Origin: an uncultured Candidatus Binatia bacterium
GTDB lineage: Bacteria; Desulfobacterota; Binatia; Bin18
Direction of reading: 5' to 3'
Length of the DNA: 64,000 nt
Assembly: GCA_965242605.1 (NCBI GenBank)
Contig: CBDESS010000001.1
Location: forward strand, 20,910-84,909
The notes under the pieces were generated by a model. The model searched no databases. It was not told where the DNA came from and saw nothing but the letters and a program-made list of their open reading frames with translations. The position numbers were made by a program, and so were the translations under genes. Positions 1 through 16,035 of this stretch are shown piece by piece (positions within the stretch are counted from its first letter, which is position 1; each line of letters begins with the position of its first letter).

Positions 1-7
1 CCAAGCC

Positions 8-1429
8 TTGTGGAGCTGGCGGGTGGGGCTGTTCGCCGCGCTTATCCTGGCTACCTCACCGGAGTGGGCGCGCTGGGCCATTCACGCCCGGAGCGACATG
101 CTGCTAGTCTTTTTTCTGACCGCAGCCATACTCAGTTTTTTTCACCTGTGGCAACAGCGCGCAACCCGGCGCAGCACGGTCTACCTGTTCTATACCAGCC
201 TGGGGCTGGCAACCTTAGCCAAAGGACCGCTGGGTTTCCTGCTGCCGAGCTTGGTGATTGTGGCCTTTCTAGTTGAGCGCCGAGACCTGCACTTCCTCTG
301 GCGGATGAAGATTCTGGGCGGGCCGTTGCTCACGCTTCTGATTGCGGCATCGTGGTATGTGCTGGCCATATCCCAGGGCGGCGGAGAGTTTGTCTCGCGC
401 CAACTTCTGGACGAGAACATCTTTCGCTTCTTTGCCAGCGACCAGGGTGGGCCGAGTCGGAACCACTCTTTGTACTACTATCTCCCAACCTTATGCGCCG
501 GCATGGCACCGTGGAGTCTGTTTTTTCCGGCCCTGCTCTACGCCTTGTACCGCTCCCACGGCTGGGACGACGCCAAGCGGCGCTATCTGATTATCTGGTG
601 TGGGGTTGAACTGCTGTTCTTCAGCCTAGCTTCTGGCAAGCGGAGCAATTACATCCTGCCCCTGTACCCGGCCCTGGCCCTCTTGCTAGGAGTATGGTGG
701 CAGGAGTTGATAGACTGGGCCGTGGCCTTCTCGCCTGCGGTCAGGCGACTCACCAAGGGCTCGGCCCTGCTGCTGGGTGGCGGTTTTACGGCCATCGTCC
801 TGGGTCTCCTGGCCCACGGGGTCGGACTTGACCTGGTCCATCTCGTCTCCCCCTTCCTGCATCCCCGCGACCAAGCCAACCTGCCCTTGATCGCCCAAGG
901 TCTCCAGAACCATTTCCCGATCGTCATGGCCTGGCTGGCCATCCTGGCCCTGGCGCTGAGCTGGTATTTTATCGGCTTCAGGCGGGAGCAGTGGATGTGG
1001 GTGTTTGCCGCCCTGACCGTCCTGGTGTCCTCCTCGCTGTATTTTACCAACGCCCTCTTTCACCCCATTCTGGCCACCGAGCGGACCTATAAACCGTTCA
1101 TGCTGGGGGCCCGCTCAACCGTGCAGGACGCGCCACTGTATTTCTATAAGGACGCCTATGACTATGGCGCGATCTTTTACGCCGGTCAACGCATCCCGTC
1201 CTACACCCAGGACTTGACCCAACTGGCGACAACTGGCGACCCACGGCTGTATTTGCTCATGCGTGAGGAGGACTGGCACCGACTGCCAACAACCGAAGCG
1301 ACCCGGCTGGTGCATCTGGTCACCAGCCACGGCAGAGGGCCGGATAAAAAGCATCGCCTCGCCCTGGTTGCCCTGCTGCCGACAAAACCGGCCCCTGCCA
1401 ACGGCACACCACCCGACCCCACAGACTGA
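8..1429 (+). CDS. Glycosyltransferase family 39 (ArnT / PMT-like 4-amino-4-deoxy-L-arabinose transferase family) membrane protein; 5' end probably truncated by window edge
   Basis: Multi-TM protein with GT39-like N-terminal half; the ORF opens at the window edge. A paralog follows immediately with 3-nt spacing. Confidence 0.65.
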   Translation: MWSWRVGLFAALILATSPEWARWAIHARSDMLLVFFLTAAILSFFHLWQQRATRRSTVYLFYTSLGLATLAKGPLGFLLPSLVIVAFLVERRDLHFLWRMKILGGPLLTLLIAASWYVLAISQGGGEFVSRQLLDENIFRFFASDQGGPSRNHSLYYYLPTLCAGMAPWSLFFPALLYALYRSHGWDDAKRRYLIIWCGVELLFFSLASGKRSNYILPLYPALALLLGVWWQELIDWAVAFSPAVRRLTKGSALLLGGGFTAIVLGLLAHGVGLDLVHLVSPFLHPRDQANLPLIAQGLQNHFPIVMAWLAILALALSWYFIGFRREQWMWVFAALTVLVSSSLYFTNALFHPILATERTYKPFMLGARSTVQDAPLYFYKDAYDYGAIFYAGQRIPSYTQDLTQLATTGDPRLYLLMREEDWHRLPTTEATRLVHLVTSHGRGPDKKHRLALVALLPTKPAPANGTPPDPTD

Positions 1430-1432
1430 GCC

Positions 1433-3193
1433 GTGCGTTCACTGCCCGCCGCTATTGGCCTCGTTTGCCTCTGCCTCGGCCTGTACGTCTGGGGGCTGGG
1501 CGACCTGCCGTTCTATACCAAAGGTCAGCCCCGAGAAGCCACCGTCGTGTGGGAGATCCACACCCACGGGGAATGGGTCCTGCCCCTGCGCAACGGCCAG
1601 ATCATTCCCTCAAAACCCCCGCTGTTTCACTGGCTTGGCGCGCTGGTAGCGGGCGGCTTGGGCCACCTCAACGAGTTCACCACCCGTCTGCCGTCGGCGC
1701 TGCTGGCCGTGTTGGGCGTCCTGCTGACCTACCAGGCGGGGGTCTCAGTGTGGGGGGTCAAGGCCGGCCTGCTGGCCGGTGTGTGCCTGGCAACAAGTTT
1801 TGAGTGGGTCCGGGCGGCAACCGCGGCCCGAGTGGACATGACCCTGAGCTTTTTCATGCTCGCTGCCCTGTTGACCTTCTGGGTCGGCTACCGCGGCCGG
1901 CGTTTCGGCTGGCGACATACGCTCGGCTTCTTCGGCTTGGCCGGCCTAGCAACCCTGGCCAAAGGACCTGTCGGCGGCGTGCTGCCGGGTCTGATTGTCG
2001 GTCTGTTCCTGCTGGTCCGGGGGGATCTGCGTTTTCTGGGCCGTATGCGGCTGGTCAGCGGCAGCCTGCTGTACCTGTGCCTGGCCGGCTCGTGGTACGC
2101 GCTGGCGTTGTGGCAGGGCGGTGAGGCGTTTTTTGAAAAACAGGTCATGAAGGAGAATGTACTCCGGTTTCTCTCCAGCGGGTCGGCCGGTACCGGACAT
2201 GTCCACCCCTTCTACTATTTTGTTCCCAACCTCTTTCTGGGCATGGCCCCGTGGAGCTTGTTCTTTCTCCCGCTGGGCTCTTTCCTCTACCGCTGCCGTC
2301 ACCGCTGGGCACAGCAGCAGTTCCTGTTTCCGATTGTCTGGTTTGTCACCGTTTTCGTGTTCTACTCGGCCTCGAGCAGCAAACGTAGTGTGTACATCCT
2401 GCCCTTGTATCCGGCCGCGGCCCTGTTGCTCGGGGCGTGGTGGCAGGCGTTGCGACGGAGCGGGTCCGAGCTGTCGACGGGTCGTGGTCGGATCATCCGG
2501 GCGAGCGGCGGGCTGAACGCGGCTGTGATCGGCAGCGCCCTGCTTGGCGTGGCCGCCCAGGCCGTCGGCCTGGACCTGTTTGCCCTCATCCGCCCCCTGC
2601 TACACCCCAAGGATCAGGGGAATCTGACGCTGTTGTTCGGCAACCTGATCGCCGTCCATCCGCTGGCGTTCGGGCTGTGGCTGGTGGCTGTCAGCGGGGC
2701 ACTGCTCAGCCTGAATCAGGGCTTGCACCGACACTCCTGGAACGCCGTGTTCGGTGCCCTGGCGGTCTTTACCACCAGCATATTTCTGCTCACGAACCAT
2801 GTCATTCAGCCCACGCTGGCCACGGCCCGGAGCTACCGGCCGTTCATGGACCGTGTGCGTGAACAGGTCGGCCCACGGCCCTTGTTCTTCTACCGCTGCT
2901 TTGACAGCGGGGCGCTGTTCTACGCCGACCGGCGCATCCCGTTTTACTCGCCCGCAGCGACCCCTGCCGATCCGTATTACATCCTGGCCTGGGAAGCAGA
3001 ATGGGAGCGCCTGGGCCAGCGCAATACAGCGGCTGAGCACAAGAGCAGCCCCCAACCCCGTCTGCTCGACACGAGTCGGGGAACCGGGCCAAAGGGCAGG
3101 AATCGCCTCACCCTAGTTGAGGTGCCGGCCGGCCAAGCCTTACCTGCCTGGCCGGCCGACGAGCAAGGCTGGATCAAGCGCGACGCCATGTAA
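1433..3193 (+). CDS. Glycosyltransferase family 39 (ArnT/PMT-like) membrane protein, tandem paralog of upstream gene
   Basis: GTG start 3 nt after the upstream stop. Homologous to ORF 8..1429 throughout (e.g. shared 'LATLAKGP' and 'HPFYYF/SLYYYLP' blocks). ~13 predicted TM segments. Confidence 0.7.
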   Translation: MRSLPAAIGLVCLCLGLYVWGLGDLPFYTKGQPREATVVWEIHTHGEWVLPLRNGQIIPSKPPLFHWLGALVAGGLGHLNEFTTRLPSALLAVLGVLLTYQAGVSVWGVKAGLLAGVCLATSFEWVRAATAARVDMTLSFFMLAALLTFWVGYRGRRFGWRHTLGFFGLAGLATLAKGPVGGVLPGLIVGLFLLVRGDLRFLGRMRLVSGSLLYLCLAGSWYALALWQGGEAFFEKQVMKENVLRFLSSGSAGTGHVHPFYYFVPNLFLGMAPWSLFFLPLGSFLYRCRHRWAQQQFLFPIVWFVTVFVFYSASSSKRSVYILPLYPAAALLLGAWWQALRRSGSELSTGRGRIIRASGGLNAAVIGSALLGVAAQAVGLDLFALIRPLLHPKDQGNLTLLFGNLIAVHPLAFGLWLVAVSGALLSLNQGLHRHSWNAVFGALAVFTTSIFLLTNHVIQPTLATARSYRPFMDRVREQVGPRPLFFYRCFDSGALFYADRRIPFYSPAATPADPYYILAWEAEWERLGQRNTAAEHKSSPQPRLLDTSRGTGPKGRNRLTLVEVPAGQALPAWPADEQGWIKRDAM

Positions 3194-3279
3194 CACACGG
3201 TGCGTCTGCGGTTCATGTCTCAGGGAGACCTCAGGGGATACAAAGACCCGCCCTTGCAACAACTCGGTGAACAGACAGG

Positions 3280-5349
3280 CTAGACCAGCAGCGGCGCAAT
3301 CACCAGCGCCACAACCGACATCAGCTTGATCAGGATGTTGAGCGAGGGACCGGATGTGTCCTTGAACGGGTCACCGACGGTATCGCCTACTACCGCGGCC
3401 TTATGTGCTTCGCCGCCTTTTGACTCGCCCGGCACTTTCCCGTTTTCAATCGACTTTTTGGCGTTATCCCACGCACCGCCGGCATTCGACATGAGCAAAG
3501 CCAGCAGCACCCCGGTGACGGTCGCTCCGGCCAGCATGCCGCCCAGGGCCGCCGCGCCTAAAACACGCCCTACAAGCACCGGGGCAATAACCGCGGTCAG
3601 ACCGGGGACGATCATCTCTTTGAGGGCGGCCGCGGTGGAAATATCGACGCATCGGGCGGCGTCAGGCCGGGCACCTTCTCTGCCCTCCAGCAGACCCGGA
3701 ATCTCGCGGAACTGCCGGCGGATCTCGTCTACCATCTGCCCCGCGGCCCGGCCCACCGCGGTCATGGTCAAGGCACCAATCAGGAAAGGCAGGATGCCGC
3801 CCAACAGCAGCCCAATCATCACCGTCGGATCGGTCACGACGATCTGGAGTGGACCTAACCCGTCCGCCAGCCGGTTTTGATTAACGGCCTGGGTAAACGC
3901 GGCGAACAGGGCCAAGGCGGTCAGCGCGGCAGAACCAATGGCAAAGCCCTTGCCGATAGCCGCGGTGGTATTGCCGAGGGCATCGAGTCCATCGGTGATC
4001 TGACGCACCTCAGGGCCGAGTTCGGCCATCTCCGAGATACCGCCGGCATTATCGGCAACCGGGCCGTAGGCATCGACCGTCATGGTCACACCGACCGTTG
4101 CCAGCATTCCAACACCGGCAATGCCAATGCCGTACAGTCCGGCAAATTGGTTGGCGATAAAGATGGCCACACAAATCGCCAGGACAGGCAGCGCACAGCT
4201 CTCCAGGCCAACCGCCATCCCGTTGATGATATTGGTCGCAGAGCCCGTTTTGCTGGCCTCGGCAATCCGATCAACCGGGCCGGCTGAGGTGTAGTATTCG
4301 GTGATCAGGCCAATCCCGATGCCGACTAGACAGCCGGCGGCCAAGGCCCAAAATACGCCGGTGCTGACCGGGGAAGCGGCGACGAGCAGGTAGGCACCGA
4401 GAAGAAAGATGCCGGCGGCGATAAAGGTCGAGTAGCGGAGGGCCGATTGCGGGCCAATGTTCTTCAGCACCCGCATCGAGGCAATACCCAGCAGGGAAGA
4501 CAGCAGTCCAACCGCGGCCATGCTGAGCGGCAGAGCCATCAAAGCGCTGACGAGGACCCCCTTGTCCGCGCCGGCCGGCGCTGCTCCGCCGGAGTTCAGG
4601 ATTGCCAGCAAGGCGTCCTGAGCGGTCGCCCCAATGGCGATGGTGGCAATGATGGAGCCGACATAGGACTCAAAAATATCCGCTCCCATACCGGCCACAT
4701 CCCCGACGTTATCCCCGACGTTATCGGCGATAACGCCCGGGTTGCGCGGGTCATCCTCGGGGATACCGGCCTCGACTTTGCCAACCAAGTCACTGCCAAC
4801 GTCAGCCGCTTTGGTATAAATCCCGCCGCCGACCCGGGCAAACAGCGCAATGGAGCTGGCCCCCATCGCAAAGCCGCTGATGTAACGCGAGGTCGCCGGG
4901 TCAGAGAACACACCGAGAAAAATACCCACCCCGAGCAGCCCCAGGCTGGCCACCGCCAAGCCCATCACCGCGCCGCCGTCAAAGGCGGTCAACAGCGCCG
5001 CGGCTTGCCCCTCTGAGCGGGCCGCTTCGGATGTGCGCACATTGGCCTTGGTAGCGGACTGCATCCCGAACAGTCCGGCCAGGACAGAGAACGCTGCGCC
5101 GGCCAGAAACGCGACTCCGGTTTGCCAGGCAACGGCCCACACCAGCAATAGACAGACCACCACCACAAAGATACTCAAAATCTGGTATTCGCGTTTGAGG
5201 AAGGCCATCGCGCCTTCGTAGATATAGCCCGAAATCTCCCGCATCCGCTCGGTTCCATCTGGCCGGCTGGCGACTGAGCGGTAGATCAGAAACGCCACCA
5301 CCAAACCGACAATGCCCAAAGCAGGCGAGACGTTCGAAAGCATGTCCAT
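3280..5349 (-). CDS. hppA: Membrane-bound proton-translocating pyrophosphatase (H+-PPase)
   Basis: Conserved H+-PPase motifs ([40 protein letters not shown], '[19 protein letters not shown]'). Start chosen at the internal ATG (5349) with a GGAGG RBS 9 nt upstream; the ORF-track N-terminal extension looks non-coding. Confidence 0.9.
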   Translation of the reverse strand: MDMLSNVSPALGIVGLVVAFLIYRSVASRPDGTERMREISGYIYEGAMAFLKREYQILSIFVVVVCLLLVWAVAWQTGVAFLAGAAFSVLAGLFGMQSATKANVRTSEAARSEGQAAALLTAFDGGAVMGLAVASLGLLGVGIFLGVFSDPATSRYISGFAMGASSIALFARVGGGIYTKAADVGSDLVGKVEAGIPEDDPRNPGVIADNVGDNVGDVAGMGADIFESYVGSIIATIAIGATAQDALLAILNSGGAAPAGADKGVLVSALMALPLSMAAVGLLSSLLGIASMRVLKNIGPQSALRYSTFIAAGIFLLGAYLLVAASPVSTGVFWALAAGCLVGIGIGLITEYYTSAGPVDRIAEASKTGSATNIINGMAVGLESCALPVLAICVAIFIANQFAGLYGIGIAGVGMLATVGVTMTVDAYGPVADNAGGISEMAELGPEVRQITDGLDALGNTTAAIGKGFAIGSAALTALALFAAFTQAVNQNRLADGLGPLQIVVTDPTVMIGLLLGGILPFLIGALTMTAVGRAAGQMVDEIRRQFREIPGLLEGREGARPDAARCVDISTAAALKEMIVPGLTAVIAPVLVGRVLGAAALGGMLAGATVTGVLLALLMSNAGGAWDNAKKSIENGKVPGESKGGEAHKAAVVGDTVGDPFKDTSGPSLNILIKLMSVVALVIAPLLV

Positions 5350-5614
5350 TGATAATTTCCTCCCTGTAACATCCTGGATGTAAAAAGTACGGACAGCGGG
5401 TGAGCTTACCCCCTCCTGTGCACCGCCGGAAGATAGACGCTTCTGGGTCAAGAGTAAAGGGGCCGGCCCGACGTCGGAGGGGGGAGCCCGTCTCCTGTGT
5501 TCAGGCTGATTGGGGGCTGTCTGCTCTATGTGAACGCCTTGATGAACGCTTCGAAACAAGACAGGAGCGGACAGGCGGCTCAGGGGGCGAGCCGCGCGGC
5601 CCACCCCCAGCCGG

Positions 5615-6706
5615 CTACATCACCACTACACTGCGTGCCACCTCGCCCTTTTCCAGCGCGTCCATCGCGTCGTTAATTTCGTCCAGGGAGTAGGTTCTGG
5701 TCACGAGCTCGTCAAGCTTGATGCGTTTGTTCATGTACAGTTCAATCAGCCGTGGCATGTCTACCCGGGGCCGCGTTGAGCCGTACAGCGAGCCTTTGAG
5801 GGATTTCTCGGTCAGCAGGCTGGCCGCGGGAATGGTGACGGTCTCTTCGAGTGAGGGTGCGCCGACCACCACCGTCATTCCTCCCTGACGGGTACAGGCA
5901 TAGGCCTGCTCAATCGTTTTGCCCAGCCCGATGACCTCAAACGCATAGTCGGCCCCGCGGCCTTCGGTCAGCCCCCGGACCGTCCTGACCAGGTCCTCCC
6001 GGCCGGGGTTGATCGTATGGGTCGCGCCAAACTCCCTGGCGAACTGGAGTTTGTTATCCATCAGGTCAACGGCGATGATGGTACTGGCCCCGGCCAGCAC
6101 ACAGCCCTGAATCGTGTTCAGGCCAACACCGCCGCAGCCGATGACCACCGCGCTGCTGCCGGGCTGGACCTTGGCCGTGTTGGTCGCTGCCCCTAGGCCG
6201 GTCATCACCCCGCAGCCGACCAGGCAAGCTTTATCCAGGGGAACGTTGTCAGGGATGGGGATGCAGGCCGTCTGGTCCACCACGGCGTACTCGGCAAAAC
6301 TCGACAGCCCAGCCATATGGTGAATCTCTTTGCCGTTCTTCTTCAGGCGACACGTCCCGTCAAGCAGGCTGCCCCCCATCGTCAGACGCATATTGGTGCA
6401 GAGCACCTGGCTGCCGATCGAGCAGTAATAGCAGCGCCCGCAGTACGGCGCGAACGATAACACCACATGGTCGCCGGCCTTGACCAGGCTGACCCCGGGG
6501 CCAAGCTCCTCAACAACGCCGGCCCCCTCGTGACCCAGCACCACCGGCAGGGGCAAGCGCAGAACCCCGTGAATGACCGAATAGTCGCTGTGACATACGC
6601 CGTTGGCGGCAATTTTGACCCGGACCTCGCCGGCCTTGGGGCTGTCCAGGTACACATCCTCAACCTGGACCGGGGCGTTGAGTTCGTATAAAATGGCTGC
6701 CTTCAT
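5615..6706 (-). CDS. Zinc-dependent alcohol dehydrogenase (MDR superfamily, class III-like)
   Basis: GHEGAGVV, '[12 protein letters not shown]', Rossmann GxGxxG (VIGCGGVGL), structural-zinc Cys cluster (CGRCYYC). Confidence 0.85.
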   Translation of the reverse strand: MKAAILYELNAPVQVEDVYLDSPKAGEVRVKIAANGVCHSDYSVIHGVLRLPLPVVLGHEGAGVVEELGPGVSLVKAGDHVVLSFAPYCGRCYYCSIGSQVLCTNMRLTMGGSLLDGTCRLKKNGKEIHHMAGLSSFAEYAVVDQTACIPIPDNVPLDKACLVGCGVMTGLGAATNTAKVQPGSSAVVIGCGGVGLNTIQGCVLAGASTIIAVDLMDNKLQFAREFGATHTINPGREDLVRTVRGLTEGRGADYAFEVIGLGKTIEQAYACTRQGGMTVVVGAPSLEETVTIPAASLLTEKSLKGSLYGSTRPRVDMPRLIELYMNKRIKLDELVTRTYSLDEINDAMDALEKGEVARSVVVM

Positions 6707-7701
6707 AACTCTCCTCCATTCTTCAGAATTTCACTCTTCAGGACTTGGCCCGACGCACTATGGGGGTCCAGCCGGCCGGCCCCGACCTCCTCAAACAGGC
6801 GGGCTAAGGCCGGGTCACGCTCAAGCTGGGCGGTCAAGCGCCGCCGCACCTCGTACTCCACCCGGCCCAGCAACTCCTCCCGCCGGCGGGCGGTCCGCCG
6901 GCGCTCAAGCTCTCCATCGCCGGCTAAAAACTGATGGTGTGACTCAAGCGCCTGCAACAGTTCGGGCAGGCCGGTGGTGGTGATCGCCTGGGTGGCCAGG
7001 ACGGGGATTTTCCACTGCGGGGCGCAGCCCTCGCCGGCCGGCCGATTGCTATACTTGAGTTCCAGCATCAGGGTCAGGTCGGTCATCATGCGTTGCGCCC
7101 CGTCCCGGTCGGCCTTGTTGACCACAAAAATATCGGCGATCTCCATCAGGCCGGCCTTCATCACCTGCACGCTGTCACCGGCCTCCGGCACCAGGGTGAC
7201 AATGACCGTGTCGCTGGCCCGCATCACATCAAGCTCGGTCTGGCCGACCCCGACCGTCTCGACCAGCACATAGTCACAGCGAAAGGCATCAAGGAGCTTC
7301 ATCACGTCCAGGGTGGCGCGGGCTAGGCCGCCGTGGCTGCCGCGCGTGGCCATACTGCGGATAAACACGCCCTTGTCCAGATAGTGCTGGCCCATGCGAA
7401 TGCGGTCGCCCAGCAGCGCCCCCCCGGAAAAGGGGCTGGATGGGTCAATAGCCACCACCCCAACCCGCTTCCCGGCGGCGCGCATCAGGGTAGTCAGGCC
7501 GTCAACCAGACTGGATTTGCCGGCCCCCGGCGGGCCGGTCACCCCGACGGCGAAAGCATGACCGAGCCGCGGGGCAATAGCCTCAAGAATAGGGCCGACT
7601 TCCCGGCCCTCACGTTCAACCAGGGTCATCAGGCGAGCCAGGGCAACAGGGCTGCCGGAGGCCATGTTGTCGAGCAGTTGAGCGAGCGTGTGGCGTGCCA
7701 T
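6703..7701 (-). CDS. meaB: MeaB/ArgK-family methylmalonyl-CoA mutase-associated GTPase (LAO/AO transport system kinase-like)
   Basis: P-loop GVTGPPGAGKSS; G-domain motifs (VETVGVGQ, NKAD). 4-bp overlap with the downstream ADH. Confidence 0.8.
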   Translation of the reverse strand: MARHTLAQLLDNMASGSPVALARLMTLVEREGREVGPILEAIAPRLGHAFAVGVTGPPGAGKSSLVDGLTTLMRAAGKRVGVVAIDPSSPFSGGALLGDRIRMGQHYLDKGVFIRSMATRGSHGGLARATLDVMKLLDAFRCDYVLVETVGVGQTELDVMRASDTVIVTLVPEAGDSVQVMKAGLMEIADIFVVNKADRDGAQRMMTDLTLMLELKYSNRPAGEGCAPQWKIPVLATQAITTTGLPELLQALESHHQFLAGDGELERRRTARRREELLGRVEYEVRRRLTAQLERDPALARLFEEVGAGRLDPHSASGQVLKSEILKNGGEL

Positions 7702-7866
7702 GAGTTGCGGTGTGTCTCCTTATCAGCCGGCCGGCGACTCTCGGCGGTCAGCCGGCCCGCGCCTTGCCCATGTCTTACCAGACCCGCGGCATTTCTTGAA
7801 GACGGGGCCGGCGGCCCGGACAGCTCAGCGCCGGCATGGTATGCTGCACTATGGAGGAGCAAGAGC

Positions 7867-8652
7867 ATGGAATGGGACACCCTTCGTTTTGAGAGGGCCG
7901 AGCGCGACGAGCGGGTCGGCCTGCTGGTTCTCGACCGCCCGGCAGTCCTCAACGCCGTCAACGATCAGCTCATCGCCGACTTCCAAGAGGCGTGTGAGGC
8001 GCTGCAACGCGCCCCGGGCCTGCGCGTCATCGTCCTCACAGCCGAGGGCCGCGGCTTCTGCTCAGGCATGGACCTGCTGGCCGCCGCCCACCGGCCCAGC
8101 GACAACGATGCCCTGCGGGCGGTCTGGGTACCGTGGGGCCGGGCGCTCGATACGCTCGAGGGGCTTGACCAGCTGACTATTGCGGCCATACACGGGCCGT
8201 GTCTGGGGGCCGGCATGGAGCTGGTGTTAGCCTGCGATTTTCGGATTGCGACGACCTCGGCCTTTTTTGCCCTGCCCCAGGTTGTATACGGCACGCCGCC
8301 CGATGTCGGCCAGCCCTACCGTCTACCCCGGCTTATCGGCCTGGCCAAAGCCAAAGAAATTGTGCTGCTGGGTCAGCGTTTCAGTGCTGCCGAGGCCGAG
8401 CGCTGGGGTCTGCTGACACGGCTGGTCAAGCCTGGAGACCTGGAGGCCGAAACGGACGCGCTGGTTGACCGCTGCCTCCGCTTGGGCGGCAGAGCCGCGG
8501 CAGGGGCCAAGCAGCTCTTACACCGCGCCTGGGACCTGGACGCCGAGGCGCTGGCCGGCGCAATCCATCAGGCCCGGGCCGCGGCCCTGGAGGACGGGGC
8601 CTTTGACGCCTCGCTCGAAGTCTACCGTGAACAGCGCAAACCGCAGGTTTGA
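7867..8652 (+). CDS. Enoyl-CoA hydratase/isomerase (crotonase) family protein
   Basis: Crotonase fold motifs (LNRPxxLNA, 'AAIHGPCLGAGMELVLACDFRIA'). The ORF-track N-terminal extension (7333-7866) is antisense to meaB and low-complexity, so the start is set at the ATG at 7867. Confidence 0.75.
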   Translation: MEWDTLRFERAERDERVGLLVLDRPAVLNAVNDQLIADFQEACEALQRAPGLRVIVLTAEGRGFCSGMDLLAAAHRPSDNDALRAVWVPWGRALDTLEGLDQLTIAAIHGPCLGAGMELVLACDFRIATTSAFFALPQVVYGTPPDVGQPYRLPRLIGLAKAKEIVLLGQRFSAAEAERWGLLTRLVKPGDLEAETDALVDRCLRLGGRAAAGAKQLLHRAWDLDAEALAGAIHQARAAALEDGAFDASLEVYREQRKPQV

Positions 8653-9184
8653 CACGGGCTGTGACAAAACGTATGCAGGGCCGTCATCTGCTCGGTCAGC
8701 AGGTAGCAAAAACCCAGAATAGTAATTCGCAAAAACCTGATCGCCTGCAGGAGTTACTGAAGAGTGTCTGGGGCGTCATAACTCCTACGCCTCAACTGTG
8801 TGCTCTGCGCTACCAACTGCTAGCCGCGTTGGCGGGCACGGCAATTCAGACCCTCCGTGACCAAAAGAAAGCTGGCCCTGAAGATGGTGAGGGGGTGCTG
8901 ATCGTTCACGTTTTCCATACCAACTTTGACGGCCTTGAAGAAGTTGGCCAACAATCACCAGGATTTGGAAGAGTTTGCTCGAGGATTGCCCAACGTGACC
9001 ATCCCGGCGAGCGGCATCAACCCTGATTGCCTGTACGGACCAGCCACAGTCATTGTCTCTGCGGGCTTGGCCCCATTAGACAAGCCCACGCCGGTCTCCG
9101 TCTATCTAGCCAAATTAGTGACGTGATGACCAAGCTCGTGAACGAGCGGATGAAAGCAGGTCAGGGTACTGAGCGTGGACGCCT

Positions 9185-10054
9185 TCACCCACCGGGCGCG
9201 ACCGTTTTGAGAACACCCCTGTCTCGATCGGTTATTACGGCACAAAGAATATCCGCCACGATGATATGAGCCGTTATCCCATACTCCGAGCTGATGCTGT
9301 AGAAACCTCTAGCGGTAAAAGGTTCCTTTGGGCGTACCAGAACACCAACGCGCATTGTATCCTTCAGTTCTGGCGCATGTTGGAGCGGAACGGGAAGCAC
9401 AACCGCCGGACGATCATCCTCGCCCATCGTCAATTCGTGAGCCCACTCCGGTTCACTAGCTTCATATTCACCACGAAGTGGCTCATCAAACACGCCATAT
9501 TCCGTAGATCTGGTCACTCTCACCGTCACTTCCGCACCAAATGCGTTAGACGCTCTATAGGAACCCCCGTCTTTTTGGTCTGCTGCCATGACTACGGCCC
9601 TGTTCCCGAGGCCTCGCCGCGGCTCGGGCTCGAACTCGCAACTAAGGACTCCTCCACACAATACATATCTCCAGCGGATAAAACCATTGTCCCAAGCGTC
9701 CGTTCTGATAATGAAGCGCTCGTTGTCCGCGTCGTACTCGGCATAACGTGGGGTGTATATACCCCCAAGGAGTACAGGCCGGCGTAAATCGGCTGCCGCC
9801 ATCGCCGCCATCGCCGCCGCCATCGCTCTGGCTTTGCGCGCTTCAAATTGGGCAGTAGTTTCAAACTCGCCCTTTGTCAGATCGGACTCAGTGATAGCGG
9901 CACTCGCGGTACTCATGGAAGCATAGACTTCCTCCACATTTCTGAATGTCACAACATCGCCCACCGCCGGGCATTCCGCCGCTCTGAGTATGTCCGCCAC
10001 AAGAGCCTGCATAGCGAGCATACCCGACAACATCAATGCCAGAATCGTCTTCAT
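9185..10054 (-). CDS. Hypothetical secreted protein (signal peptide; Ala/Met-rich low-complexity segment)
   Basis: N-terminal signal peptide MKTILALMLSGMLAMQALVA; GGGAGGG RBS 4 nt upstream. Lower GC than flanking genes. No recognisable domain. Confidence 0.45.
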   Translation of the reverse strand: MKTILALMLSGMLAMQALVADILRAAECPAVGDVVTFRNVEEVYASMSTASAAITESDLTKGEFETTAQFEARKARAMAAAMAAMAAADLRRPVLLGGIYTPRYAEYDADNERFIIRTDAWDNGFIRWRYVLCGGVLSCEFEPEPRRGLGNRAVVMAADQKDGGSYRASNAFGAEVTVRVTRSTEYGVFDEPLRGEYEASEPEWAHELTMGEDDRPAVVLPVPLQHAPELKDTMRVGVLVRPKEPFTARGFYSISSEYGITAHIIVADILCAVITDRDRGVLKTVAPGG

Positions 10055-10253
10055 ATTTCCCTCCCGTATGCCACAGGTCCGCGCCCTTCAAGTAACCAGC
10101 TTCCGGGACCCTCATCATTTCAGAAGTTAGCGGCCAGTCCAGCATAACCCGTTGCCAGAGACAAGACTTGTTTCAAAGTCGATCTTCTCACGCACGAATG
10201 TCGATCGCAGGGTCCACGGCCTTCGGCGACCGACGCCCCCGCGTTCAAGTTCT

Positions 10254-15905
<5,652 letters not shown>

Positions 15906-16035
15906 AAGAAGTGCTCAGCGGTCTGCTATCAGCTTTCAGCCGATGAGGTAAGGAGGGGCACTGCTCAGCCTGCCGGCCGAGTCGGCCTATGCTAGGATGG
16001 CCATTATCCGGAGTGTCTGTGTCAGGAGGACGCAC

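Noticed and set aside
3194-3279. Intergenic segment between convergent GT39 and hppA genes as a possible tRNA or ncRNA
   Set aside because: Only a short imperfect inverted repeat (gtctc...gagac) is visible. It is too short and unstructured to call a tRNA; at most a bidirectional terminator-like element.
5350-5604. N-terminal 85-aa extension of the H+-PPase ORF
   Set aside because: It is low-complexity Arg/Pro-rich. A GGAGG RBS and the conserved H+-PPase N-terminus support the internal ATG.
7333-7866. N-terminal 178-aa extension of the crotonase ORF
   Set aside because: It overlaps the meaB coding region on the opposite strand. Crotonase homology begins only at the ATG at 7867.
9266-9787. 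173-aa plus-strand ORF opposite the secreted-protein gene
   Set aside because: His/Arg-rich with no motifs. The minus-strand ORF has a signal peptide and a strong RBS.
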